DNA of 64,000 nucleotides from the human T2T-CHM13v2.0 reference genome, Homo sapiens, in NCBI RefSeq assembly GCF_009914755.1, contig NC_060935.1. One strand, given 5' to 3'. The position numbers were made by a program, and so were the translations under genes. Every line of letters starts with the position of its first letter. Positions within the stretch are counted from its first letter, which is position 1. The notes beneath the pieces are model-generated. The model was not told the DNA's origin, made no database searches, and saw nothing but the letters and a program-made list of their open reading frames with translations. Positions 14,481-29,259 of the stretch are shown in pieces.

Positions 14481-14687
14481 TTATTTATTCAAAACACACT
14501 TGCTGATTACATGAAGCATAATGATATCCTGTGTGGGCAGCTAGAATGGATAGAACTATAAACTAAAATATCTAATCAGACTTCTATAATAACGCCAGAT
14601 AATTTGACCTGGACTGGAATTTTCATTGTCATTCAAACAGACTAAGCTTTTTATTTAAAAAAATATTTAAAAGATGATAGAAAATTT

Positions 14688-14982
14688 GGCTGGACGCTTG
14701 TAATCCCACTACTTTGGGAGGCCAAGGCAGTTGGTGGATCTCTTGACCCCAGGAGTTCAAGACCAACCTGGGCAACATAGCAAAACCTCATCTCAACAAA
14801 AATAAAAAAAAATAGCCAGGCATGGTGGAGCACACCTGTGGTCTCAGCTACTTCAGAGACTCAGTTTGGGGATCCCTTGAGCCCAGGAGAGGCTGCAGTG
14901 AGCCGAGATCACACCACTGCACTTCAGCCTGGGTGACAGAGTGAGACCCTGTCTCAAAAGAAAAGAAATAAAGGAAAAAAAT
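14688..14982 (+). mobile_element. AluJ
   Basis: diverged dimer with J-type cccaggagttcaagaccaacctgggcaacatagc, A-rich tail. Confidence 0.9.
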
Positions 14983-16403
14983 TCAAAGCACAAATAAATT
15001 CCTCTCTTACGTAAGAAATCCCTTTAATCAGAATGATGAACTGCCTGAATGAATCTAAACTATTGGTTTTAATAATCCCTTGCTTACTTTTTGTTTCACA
15101 GATTTTCTAGGGCAGAAAACACTTCATTAAAATAACCTTAGTGGTTAAATGAGACATTTCTAGTATTCTTTGCCAATTCACTTCCATTAAATATTCATTC
15201 GTTAGGCAATATTTAAAATAATCAACACATGCCAAATCACTGCTTTGTGCCTGACATTAGAGATCAATAATAGTAATAAAAGTCAAAGTGGTCATTTTTC
15301 TCTTGACACCATATTATCTTATGTGGCAATAATTTTGTGTTTTGTTCAATATCATGGCCCATTATAGTCAAATGTCACAGACTTTTATATTTGTTTATTG
15401 CTTAATTTTAGACTTTGAATCTTTTCATTTATTTATATATTTTTTATTTTTATAATGAATTTTTTTCCAGAGGATATAAACGGCCCATACTTTTGAGTTC
15501 CATTTAGAGAATAAAACTTGTTAATGGAAATTGATTGTTTTTTTCATGAAAAATAATATAAATTACTGTTGAGATCTTTGTTTTAGTTTATGATGGAAAT
15601 GTAAATATCACACCTTCATTAAATAATATTGGCATTAATATTTTAAAATGTAATGTTGTATAGAAGGTCACACATCATCACTGAAACACTATAAAGTACC
15701 AGCTATCTCAAAGTGTTTAATTTCTTTACAGAGAGAAACTTGAGACTTCCAATTTAATACTAGAAACTTCATGATCAAGGCCATGAATGAGATCTACTAG
15801 CCTATTTTTTCATTGAGTCTATCTTTAGAATTCTAACATTCTTGAAATTTCCCTGAAAAAAAAGATGGGTAGAGAAAACTTGATTATTACCTATAATGCT
15901 ATTTCTTAAGATACACCAAATCAACATAATTTGAAAAATAGTAATATTTGACAGCTTCATCCTATATTCATCGTTTGAAATCCTATATGTGTACATCTTT
16001 ATAATTGAATCCCACAGATGGGGCATCAATATGACTATGACACTTTTGCAGGAAATAAATGGAATTCCAGAATATGGCTAAATTCTTGATTAACTTCTGT
16101 TAAGAAAAGGGTCTTATTTAATTATTTTTGTAGAGTACCTATTATATTCAGGCATGCATTTCTGCATTCTCTTTTTGAGACTCCTATCACAATTTGTCTA
16201 ATATAATTTCTTTACCCACTACCAGGCTTTCACTTCAAAGTTCTTTAGCCAGCAATCAATCAAATAACACCTCTTTCTCTAAGTCCCAGGAGAAGATGTC
16301 AATTTTGGCAGAATGAGTTCAGGAAAAGCAATACCTGCCACGATCATAGTCTAGTTTATTTATAAAATGCTGAAAATCTAGATAAGACATTCACCTCAAA
16401 TAT

Positions 16404-17664
16404 TGTAGGAAAGGAAACATATTTTTTCCCTTTTTGGTTTATACTTAAGACATCCTCCTGAAAACAAAAGTCAGGTTTATTAAAAAGAAAAAAAAGAGAT
16501 ATAATTGTGTGCTATACCCATTATACAGGACAGGACTCAGTTTAAAAGTATTTTCCTTTTAAAGCAGTAGCTTAGGGGCCCTAAGTAAAGACCCTCATTA
16601 TTAACAAGGCAATGAAGGTTGAGATAATTAAGGCATATTTCTGAGAGCTTGGTGCATTTGGACAAACAGACATTTCAGACTCCCAGCTGGCCTCCCAGCT
16701 GGCCTCCCAGCTGGCTAACTGACATGAACCCAACAATTTATGTCCTCCAGGGTGGTAGAAATCAAAGAATTAATTCACTGGTTACAAAGCCAAGTTTCTC
16801 AAGAAACAAAACAAAATGAAAATAGAACCTTATTATGATTTTATTCCTCATGACAAACCACAAAAAGAGAGAGAGACAAGGAAAACAAAGATCCTTGGAA
16901 AACTAAAAATCAATAACCAAGTAGGTACCCCCAACAGATAATTATTATAAATGTTTTTTCGCCAATCAGAAACTAGAAAGGAAGAGACAAGAAACAATTT
17001 TTACTTTCTTTTCTTGACCAGGTACCACAGATAGAAGCCTTGAGAAGCTTACTTTGGTCAGAAATTTTGCCTTTGTCTGCAGGCTTCTACCAGTTCGATT
17101 CCATCTGTGGGTCTTAGGGTGAGTAAAGTGCATCTGCTAGTCCCATATGGGTCGCCAAATTGTAGAGAAGAAAAAATACTTTTTCTTTGTTTTTAGAATT
17201 TTAGTTGAAACACTTTCCTGAAAACAAAAGTCAGATTAACAACAACAACAATAGCAACAACACCCCAGAAGTTTATTAATGTGTGCCGTACCTGTCATGT
17301 GGGAGAAGCCTCAGCTTAAAAGTATTTTTCTCTTAAGGCGGTAGTTAGGGGCCTTGTTTAAGTAGTAGTTTAGTAAAGAGTCATAACTCATATTAATGAC
17401 AAAGAAGAGAGCATCTTGAGGCTTTTCAATGGCAAGAAAATGTGTGAAGGTAAATTTAGGGGAAGACTAAAGTCTGTTCTTAGATCCTCTGGTGCCATTG
17501 TCTCTGAGCTCTGTTTCTGAGCTCATCAGCAAGTGTTGTAAATGGAATTACATTTAGATGGGAAAGGCAGAGAAGAGTGGCAGAGTGTGTCCCTGCATTT
17601 TAGCCTTTCTTTTTAGCTAAACAATCTCCAGTATTTTAGAGAGTAATATTTTGGTTTCCTTTGA
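16404..17664 (-). mobile_element. Internally deleted ERV1 (MER4-group) provirus: 5'LTR 17161-17664, PBS, leader, partial 3'LTR 16404-16590
   Basis: both LTR copies share cctgaaaacaaaagtcag...ttaaaagtatttt...ttaggggcc; PBS adjacent to the 5'LTR. Confidence 0.8.
17140..17157 (-). promoter_or_regulatory. Retroviral primer binding site, tRNA-Arg(CCG) type
   Basis: minus strand TGGCGACCCATATGGGAC; 17/18 match to the complement of the tRNA-Arg(CCG) 3' end as recalled (GTCCCATCTGGGTCGCCA); 3 nt from the LTR end. Confidence 0.8.
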
Positions 17665-18037
17665 TAATAGTTATTTTAACATCATTTTGATTCTAGCAAT
17701 GAAATATACAGATAGGTGGGAAAGAGATTTTTTTCCACCATGGTATAGACCAAAATAGTAAAAAAAAAAACACTTTTAATTTATGAACATTATTTTTTAA
17801 TCCGGTTTTCCTCTATTGAGTCTTTTAGAACAATTTTAAGCCATTACTGTGGTACATAACTTTGCAAAATATTAGAGCTAGGGATATCAGACTCTTAGCT
17901 CAAAGGTGGAGATATTTTTCAACACACACATGAAAAATGAAAATAGAATATATTTCTTTGCTTACAATACTTGGGTAATAAAATTTTCTTAGGCTTTGGG
18001 GCAAAAGTATCTCGATATGTATATATAATAAGAAAAA

Positions 18038-18158
18038 GTGATTCACAAATTTAATTATATATCAGAATCTCTCAGAGAGCTTAATAAACAGTATCATAGT
18101 CTAAAATCTTGCAGGGTAGGGCCCTGGAAACTGATTTTGTAAATATTTCTCAGAGAGT
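18038..18158. mobile_element. MER5A-like hAT fragment
   Basis: atcagaatctctcagagagctt...gggtagggccctggaaactg. Confidence 0.55.
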
Positions 18159-20364
18159 AAAAGGAGTAACAAGTATAAGGCATAGTTATAAAATAGAGAC
18201 ATCTTGGTTATACAAAAAGTAATTGTACATTAAATAACATATTATACATTAAAATTATGTTTGAAATCATATATAGATTAATTCAGATATTTAATATATT
18301 ACTGTGTGAAACTGATTTATTCATTTATATCTGTATCTCTAATATTTCTATTACTTAGCATAATTCTATATAGTAGTCACTCAAGAGATTTTTGTGGTAT
18401 GATTATATAAATTAAAAAATCTAATAACAGGAAATAGATCTTATGCTACTCCATATCTTTTGGTTTCTAAGAGAGTTTTTTGAAAATAACAACAAAAGTC
18501 CTTCTGTATACATAAATTTAGCAACTATTATTGAGAGAGAGAAAGAGAGTCAGGGAGAGGAAAGAAACAGAAGTTAATACACACAGGTATACGCACACAC
18601 AAATGAAGACAAAAAGAGACATAACTAGACAACATGAAGAAGGTGATTCTGATTCGGTTTTGGTGATGACAGAATAGTTTTAATTGAATTAACCACCCCC
18701 CCACCCCAGTGATAATACATAAATCCTGGGAAAAGTATTAAAAACAAACTGTATGAAGGCACAGGTAAGTGACTAATGCAGAAAGAATCTAGAAGGAATG
18801 TGTCTTTTGAAAGAAAACCACATTGATGAAATCAATCTGTATATAGCTTCCCCTCAAGGGCAGCACCTGAAAATATAATGAGGCCGCTAGAACTCAAGCA
18901 GAGGGTTGCAGTGTTTGTGGACTTAAAAGTCAAAGGGAAGAAATATAAAAACCAGAAAAGCTGGCAATTTCAGGGAATATAAGTAGGAAGAACCTTCAAG
19001 AAGGAAAGACCTCAAAATGAAAATAAATTCTCTTTAAATCATTGGCTGACACTTACGCATGTGCAGGTGAGATTATAAGCATATTAGAAAGAGACAATAA
19101 CTAAAAGACTGAAATAAGTTAGCATAGATTACAGCTGCTGTCCACTACAGGGATAAAAGAGTTTGGAGTTCAAGTCCCGTGAAATTAGCAAGACTTCAAA
19201 GTGTATTAGACTTCTCACTAAAATGCACCCCGCCGCGCCCTCCCCCCGCAAAAAAAAAAAACAAGCTAACCTTTTGAGTAAATTCTAGGAAGGCGTTAGG
19301 CATAAAGCCAAAACTAATACATTCATCCTAAAATTAACAGCAAAAGCAAAGTAGACTTACCCTAACAAAACATAGAACTAAATTATGAATGGTTGAAAGT
19401 GACTTATCAGTAATTAAACTGCTTAATACAACAATACTTAACATTGTTTAGGGGAAGATAAGAAAATACGGGAGGTCTATACAATGTGTCATCCATATTT
19501 CTGGAATACAATAAAAATAATGGGATAAAAGAAAACAGAAAAAGTTTGATTCATTGTCAAGAGAAAATTTATGAAAGAGAAGTAGATGTACTAACAACCC
19601 AGTTGTTGTAAGGAGCAGACATGTACTTTAAAATAACTATAATAAATATATGAAAGAAACTGTAGAAAAAGATAAATGAAGGTAAAGATTTTCAGAAAGT
19701 ATTTGGAAATTATAAAAACTATAAAAGTATAAATTTACAAAACTAAAAATTATAAACATTACTTAGGAAATATTAGAAATGAAGAAAATGCAAAATCTAA
19801 AAAAGAATAGCAGATTAGAAACAGTAGATGAGAGTATCAGTGAACCAGAAAACAGGTAAAAATAAATCTAGAGGGGGAAAATCAAGAAAGCTTATTGGTT
19901 GGTGAGACACTATCAAATGAGTTAATAAATATATATTTGAAATATCAAAAGAGAAGATAAGATTAGGGTAATAAATTTTTGAAGAAATATGGGCTAAAAA
20001 ATTCCCAGGTATGATCAAAAAGGGGAGACTGCATATCCAAGAAGCTCAGCAAATACCATGAAATTACAAAGCAAATTTTACCTACGAATATCATAATCAA
20101 ATTTCAGAAGAGAAAACCATTAAAAGCAAGAGAAGAAAAAAACAAATTATGTACAGTAAAACATTAATATTGTTGAAAGCTGAATTTCCGTCAGTAATGA
20201 AAGCCAGAAGAAAATGGCATAACAACTTTAAAGTGTTGAAAGAATTATTTCCATGTAGAATTCTATATCCTGTAAAATTTTTCTCCAAAATACATACAAA
20301 ATAAGGACATTTTTGGGAAAACTGAGAGCTGAAAGAATTTGTCACAAGAAGACCTGTGCTATCA

Positions 20365-20415
20365 AACACACACACATGCACACACACACTTGCACACACG
20401 CACACACACACACAC
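20365..20415. repeat. (CA)n microsatellite
   Basis: interrupted cacacaca run. Confidence 0.85.
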
Positions 20416-21872
20416 CCCCCAGAACAAAAACAAAAGAATACTCTTTGGCCGAAGGAAAATGACACCATATGGAAAGTAAATTCCACAGAAAAAAAGGAAT
20501 AGTACTTGAAATGTTAAATATATGGATAAATATATTAGATAAGTTTTCTATCTTTAAAAACTTTAAATTACGTAAAGCATGAGTCATAACAAATAAATGT
20601 GAAGTATGTAAGGTATGTAGGTATAAAGTACGTAACAGTAGTACAAAGTGTGGGTAGAGCTACATATGTAATTATAGAGTAACCAGTTTGTTACATATTA
20701 TGTAAAAATGGTAATATGAAATAAGACAGTATGCAGTAAGCTATACCACAGAAAATCTCCAGAGAAACTACTTAAAAATATAGAGATGTAAATTTAAAGT
20801 CAAAATGTGAGTTAGATTTAAATAGTAAAAGTTATTGGCTTTACCAAGATAAAAAAGAAAAGGAAGAAAAGATAAATAAAGATAGTAGAGACAAATAGAA
20901 AATAGCAAAATAATGGGCATAAATTCAACTATATTGACTATTTAAAAGTCAGAGATTGACTAGATTAAATAGAAATATCTGACTAAATATAAGGAAAGCA
21001 AGTAACATCTAAAAACAATTGTTTTATTAATAACAGGATGAAAACCGAAATATCATGCAAAAGTCATCATTGGATAGCTGAAATGACTATACTAATATCA
21101 GAAAAAACAGACTGGAAAGTAGATTCTTTATCCAGAGATAACGAAGTTGGTTGTATATTAATACAAGTGTTAATTCATTCAAGTATAAAAATTCTAAATG
21201 AATATGGGCTTCATTGGTGCTTCGAAGTGCATGAAATAAAGATTGTCAGGTTTATGTAGGGAAATAAAGAGATCCACAAATTGTAGATTTTGTTAATTCT
21301 CTCTCATTGACAGAAAAAATCAGTAATTATATAGAAAATTTGAACAACCTTTAAGCAATTTGAATTAATTTACATTTAAAGACTGACACATATAAAAAAA
21401 TTCCAGATTGCACATTTTTTTCCAGTAACCATGATGTATTTACCAAGATAGATAATGTATCTTCTCATAGAATAGGACACAATTAATTGTTAAGTCTTGA
21501 AGTCACTCAAAGTGTCTTTTAAGAGTGTCTTAGTTGTAAATTAGAACTAAATAACCAAAATAAATCTAGAAAATGTCAAAACATTTGGAAAACATGCAAT
21601 TATAAATCACCTATGGGATAAAAAACAAAACACAAGGGGAATTGAAACCTAATTTGGCCTGAACATTAATGAAACTACAACACATTTGTGGGGTGCAGAT
21701 AAAGCTTTGTTTAGAGGAGATATATATAAGATTATATGCTTATAATAAAATAGAGATTCAACATCAATTATCTACACTTTCATATCAAGCTAAAAAAACT
21801 AGCAAAACAGAGAGAAAGTAGAAGAAAAAGAATAATAAATAGAACAATGAGAAATCAATGGGCTATATATTA

Positions 21873-22625
<753 letters not shown>

Positions 22626-23452
22626 GAGGGTTGCTCTTTGAAGGGTAATACAATTGATTTTATTGACTAGAAAATCTAATCATGAAAAACTGAAAAGAGA
22701 ATGAATGAGAGAAAGGAAACACATTACTGATATCAATAATATTTGCAAAGATAACACTATGGATCCTAAAGACATCAAAAAGATAATGAGGAAATATTAT
22801 AAGTGGCTTTATGCCATCAACTTTGTAATTAAATAGCATAATATTTTTAAAAACATAACTCCAAATATAACACAAGAAGAAATAAAAAATCTAAATAGCT
22901 ACATATTTACTAAAGATACTAAATTTGTAATAGACATTTCATGGGGAAGATAAAAAATTTTCATATAGGTCATAAAAACTATCAGTTAAAAAAAGTAATT
23001 AATTGGAATTTATTAAGGTCAAAATCTTCTGTTTTTCAAAAGTCAGTGTAAGAACGTGAAAAGACAAGCCATATATTGGAAGATAATATTCACAATACTT
23101 TCTAACAAAGGACTTACCCAGAATTTATACAGAAGTACAAATTAATAATTAAAATATTTGAAAAGCACATTAAAGAATATATAGACTACATATTATATAT
23201 AATATATATTTTAACATATATGGCTAATAAACACAGGAAAAAAATGTTCCTTGTCAATAGTCATCAATGAAATACATGCTAACTAACTTTCAGGTATGAC
23301 TACACTACCAGTAGAAAGACAAGAAAACCAAACAGACAAAAATCTGACAATAGCAAATATTATCAAGAATATGGAGTAATTCAGATTATCATATTTTTTG
23401 GTGTGTAAAATACTACAACCACTTTGAAAAATTCTTCTGCAGGTTTTTTAAA

Positions 23453-23577
23453 ATTAGGTTCAGGTATACACATACAGGTTTGTTATGTAGGTAAGTTGCG
23501 TGTCATAGGCATTTGGTAGACAGATTATTTCATCACCCAGGTAATAAGTATATTACCCAATAGGTAGTTTTTCGATC
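23453..23577 (-). mobile_element. L1PA13-16-like 3' end fragment
   Basis: ttaggttcaggtatacacatacaggtttgttatg...ttcatcacccaggtaataag...gtagtttttcgatc; flanked by aaatta repeats. Confidence 0.8.
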
Positions 23578-24534
23578 AAATTAAATGTGCACTTACCCTT
23601 TGAACCAGAAATTTACCTTAGATAAATGAAAACATACATCTACCAAAACACTTGTATTCAAATGACAAGCAATATAAAGGAATATAAAATATTAAATATA
23701 TTAAATGAAAAAATCTACAGTTATAAAAATCTTTTTATATTTCTTCAATATGAAATAAAAAAATTGGTAAATCTAAACTATTTTGACATAAATAAAAACA
23801 GTCACTACCTCTGGGTGGAGGCATTGCCAACAAAAGGGCACAAGTATATTTTCTGCATTGATAGAAATTTTCTATTTTCTTTTTTTGTTGTTTTTGGATA
23901 GTTGTTACTTGGGTATATGTAGTCGTTACAATTCATCTAACTGTGCGTATAAATAAGTGCATTTTACTGTTTATACATTTTAGCTCAATAAGCTAGAAAT
24001 GCATTCCAAGCTAGAGAAAATTATAAAGTTGACTATAGCAATTGCATATAATATATAAGCAAATAAAACCCTCAAGCATGAGAAAGTGATAAAACTATTC
24101 TAAAATTGTATGTGTTGCAACGTGAAGAGCTATGGCTAAGAGGACTGGGACAGAAGGAAAAGGGGAGTGGAAAGAAGAGAAAGTATTCCAGGTAAGAGGA
24201 GATTTTAGGAAAATAAGAGAAATAATTAAGACGTGTGTAGGTAATCAGTATTTTCTCTATCAGCACTATAAAGTATTATGAGATAACTGTATTTGTATTC
24301 ATATAAGCTCCTCTCTTTCCCTGTACATAATGTGTATACCAGAAGAGAACTATAAAAAATTATTCTGTTTAAAAAAAAAATAAGTAAAAGCCAAAAGTTG
24401 TGAAATATTAGAAGGGCTATTGAAAAATGGGAGAAATATATTATTTCTAAAACAAGAATTATGTCTCCTCTTTGTGGAATAATTTCTATACCCTATATTT
24501 AGGAAAGAAATGGACTTGATGTATTACTGACCAT

Positions 24535-25040
<506 letters not shown>

Positions 25041-25961
25041 GTTTGGAACACTTTGGCCGGATGAACACTCAAAGTACACTCATTCTTCTGTCCTAACATG
25101 CTTAACACAGTGCAAAATCAAGAAGGCAACATTTAAAATTTTTGACCCACTTTTGAAATTTAGTAAAATAGAAAACTATTGGATGAAACAGTGCATGATT
25201 TGCAACTTAAGGAAGCAGAATAAGATTATCTCTGCAAGTAAAGTGATTTTATATTCTTTTGTATTTTTAAGGAACAATTTCAAATTAAAATAAATATTTT
25301 ATCATTTGAATAATGTTTTTTGAACAGTTTTTACTATTATCTGTCAAGATCAATGCCTTAAGTTGACTTATCAACCCAAAAGTGGAAAACATGACTCAAA
25401 CTTGCCTTCCAACTTCAATGTACTCAGTTAACTTTTGAAAATAAACTCATTTGTGTTGCTGAGCAAAAGATTGTATTGCATGAATATGTCACAGGCATCA
25501 GGTGAATATTTCACAGAGATCAAAATGCCCTCTTATAATGTAATACAATGCAAAAGACCACAGAGTTTTTTTTTTTTTAAATATACTTTCAAACTGCAAA
25601 GGAATTGAGTTTATTATATTAATAGTAATGCATATTGTTATGGTATTTGAAGTAATAGCCTTCCCAAGTGAATAGTTGCTGTATTATATTCTAATTTTTG
25701 TTTGTTTGTTTGTTTTAACGGGAATGTCTAGTAAATCAAAGACCATTTGTTTTCCATTTCTCTGAATTTTCAGTGTCAGGATATGTAACATCATTCGTAT
25801 CTGGCACACCTCTATGTACCAGTGAAGGTATGATAACCCAGTGCAAAGAAGTACATGAAAGAAGAAAAAATTAAGCAAGTTAAAAAACAAAACAAAACAA
25901 TAACAACAACAACAAAAAAAAAACACAGATGTTCGGAGGAAATACTGAAAGGCAGTTAAAC

Positions 25962-26255
<294 letters not shown>

Positions 26256-26479
26256 AACTTTGGTTTTTATTGGACATTGGGAAAGCTTTCCTATTGTATC
26301 AGTGCTCCTTTTCAGCTGAATTTACCCAACAAGTGCTGCAATCTCACTGACATCCATTACCACATTAAAAGTTATGAGGAGAAGAGGGGAGAAAGAACTA
26401 GGATGGGTTGTCAAGTAATTAGTTATTATAGCTAAAGTAGACAAATCCGTTAAGAATGAGAAATATGTAGAGAAATAAC

Positions 26480-26700
26480 AAAGCATTTTGAATTAGAATA
26501 CCTGAGTTGAAATAATGATTTTTTTTTTTTACATATCGAGCTTCACAATATTGAACAAGTTATTTAGAATGCTTGCCCCTCACTGTTCTGATCTATAAAA
26601 TATAGATAACAATGCTTTCTGAAAGGGTTGTGGACAGGATTAACAGTTTAAAAAATCTTAGCATGATATCTACAATTTAAACAATGTAGTAGAAACTCAG
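26480..26700 (+). mobile_element. MIR
   Basis: ttgaacaagttattt...ctcactgttctgatctataaaat...agggttgtgg. Confidence 0.6.
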
Positions 26701-26819
26701 TCTGCTTAGGCAGAACTTATTTTATGTTTTCCTTGGGTATGAGAAGTTGTACTTGCTACCTAAAAGGCCAGAAGATGATCATCTAAAACTAATTGAAAGG
26801 TATAACAAAAAGAAACAAT

Positions 26820-27040
26820 AGTAGTAACAAAAATAACCGATATTTATAAAACACCTCCAATGAACTACATGTGCTAAATACTTTAGATTTTTAACCTCTG
26901 AACAATCCAAAGAAGTAAGCACCATTGCTTTCATTTTGTAATAAATATCTTAGGCACCCAGAGAGATGAGTTCATTTGCCCAAGATTACTCTAGTGATTG
27001 ACTCTAAAACACCTGCTAATAAGCACACGGTGAAATATTA
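26820..27040 (-). mobile_element. MIR
   Basis: gtgctaaatacttta...cattttgta...aggcacccagagag...ttgcccaagattac. Confidence 0.6.
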
Positions 27041-27410
27041 CCAAGACACCACCTTTTTTAAACTGGTCTGTGTTAACATTCAGAACTCCATATATATAGC
27101 AAGCATTTGTCATTTGATTGATTTCATAGATTCAGAGAAATTTCGAGTTGAAAGGGACCGTAGGAATGATATTCTTCAGTGGTTTCCAAAATCCACAACT
27201 AGAGTTGTTCCATGACAATTTTAGTAAAATGAGACAAATAAGAACAGTTCTCTTTTTGTCAAGACTAATTATTTTCTATTTAAACAATTATTTGCTATTA
27301 ATAATTGGTTAACACATAGCTATTAAATTAATGCATAATCTTTTACCAAATAAGACAGATTCATATTGCAAAAGTAAAAGGAGACCAATCTACCAAAGTC
27401 AGTCTCCCTC

Positions 27411-27827
27411 TCTTATCAGGCCATTCTTGCATTGCTATAAAGAAATACCCAAGACTGGGTTATTTATGCAGAAAAGAGTTTTAATTGGCTCATAGTTCCA
27501 CAGGCTTTGTAGGAAGCATGGTGCTGGCATCTGCTTGGCTTCTAGGGAGGCTTCAGGAAGCTTACAGTCATGGCAGAAGGGGAAGGGGAAGCAGGCATAT
27601 CACATGGCGAAAGCAGGGGCAACAGAGAAAGACTGTGAGGATGGAGGTGCCACACATTTTCAAATAACCCAGTCTCGTGAGAACTCACTCACTACTGCAA
27701 AGACAGCACCAAGCCATGAGGGATTTGCCCCCATGATCCAAACACCTCCTACCAGGCCCCACCTCCAGCATTGGGGATTATATTTCAATATGAGATTTGG
27801 GCAGGGACAAATACCAAAACTATATTA
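27411..27827 (-). mobile_element. MSTB-like solo LTR
   Basis: caggccattcttgcattgctataaagaaatacc...gagatttgggcagggacaaata; TSD ccctc/ccctt. Confidence 0.9.
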
Positions 27828-27909
27828 CCCTTTGTTTTTAAAAAGGGTTTACTAAACTGCAAAATCAAAAAATTTTGATTCCGATAGTAAATTTTATATG
27901 CTAATATAG

Positions 27910-28250
27910 CTAGGTTATAATTTCTAGTTATTTAAGCACACACTAGTCTAGGTGTTGCTTTGAAGATATTTTGTAAATGTAATTAACATCTGTAATCAGT
28001 TGAATTTAAATAAAGGAGATATTCCTAGTAATCTTGGTAGATCTGATTTTATCAGTTGAAAGATTTTAAGAGAAAGGCTTAAGAGAAAGGTTTTAAGAGC
28101 TGAGGTCACCCTGAAGAAGAAATTCTTCCTGTGGATTGAAGCTTCGACTTACGCTTGAGAATTCGATCTTGCCCTTCTTCATGGCCTGCCCTACATATTT
28201 CAGACCTGCCTAGTCAACCTCCAGAATCATGTAAATTCCTTGCAATAAAT

Positions 28251-28305
<55 letters not shown>

Positions 28306-28453
28306 ACATTGTTATAATGTTATGTATATATTGTATACATATATTGTATATAACATTATGTATATATTGTTATAATGTTACGTATATATTCAAGTATATA
28401 TACTACTTGAATTTATATAGTCTATTTCTCTGGTGGAACCATGACTGATAACA
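27910..28453 (+). mobile_element. MLT2D-like ERVL LTR with internal (AT)n
   Basis: aatcagttgaatttaaataaaggagat; gaagaagaaattcttcctg; ggcctgccctacatatttcagac; ends tctctggtggaaccatgactgataaca. Confidence 0.8.
28253..28400. repeat. (AT)22 microsatellite plus degenerate AT tract
   Basis: pure AT run 28253-28296. Confidence 0.95.
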
Positions 28454-28454
28454 T

Positions 28455-28610
28455 CTTCAACCTAGACCAATATACTTATTTTACAAATGAAGTGATTATA
28501 GCCTGTAAACAGTAAGATTTGCCCAAGATCACCTGCAAATTTATAAATAGAGACTGGACCTGAATTGAAGTCTTTTCCCTCTAAATCCTGCATTCATTTC
28601 TCTATCATAC
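28455..28610 (-). mobile_element. MIR (continuation of a piece at about 27120-27170)
   Basis: ttattttacaaatgaag...atttgcccaagatcacc. Confidence 0.6.
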
Positions 28611-29259
28611 TTTTTAATTTAGGCATTTTTGTTAGGAGATACCATGTTCTTCATGTTAATTTCATGTTTCATGGACCATTTAGGGAGAAAATCTCATGAC
28701 ATATGGAAAAATGACACACTTGTCTTTCAAATAATTGCTTCTTATATATAAAAAAATTAGTCAAATAGTTGATGGAATTATTTACATTTTTGCCATTTAC
28801 CCTTTCTACCAAATTAAAAGTTCATTAGACATTAAATTACATAGGAAACTCTTAACTATAAGGTGTGGTCCTTGGTTCGCTATGAATCTGATGCTAAAAC
28901 ATTCTAATACTTTCTAAGTCTTCTATTTTATTTCTACCTGGTTTAACCAATGAGGACAAAAATAAATTTAACAAGGAATGTGCTGTCTTTAAAGTACACT
29001 GTCAATATGAATTCATCTTCTTATCGACTTTGTAGTATTTTAATACATATTTTGCTAATTTTTTCAGGAAATTACTGATTAAAATTCATATTCTATTGGG
29101 AGAAATTGAACTTTTTTAGGGCACTGGATTATGGCAAGTTTCACTCAAGAGGAATTTATCTGTGAGTTTTCAAAAGACCAGTGCATTTCCATACTCAGGG
29201 AAAAGATAAAGGGACCAACATAATCTCAGTCCATTCCAGGGCTGGATATTCTCATTTGC

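Noticed and set aside
20097-20587. Cys/Val-rich ORFs
   Set aside because: Antisense L1 ORF1 plus a (CA)n microsatellite.
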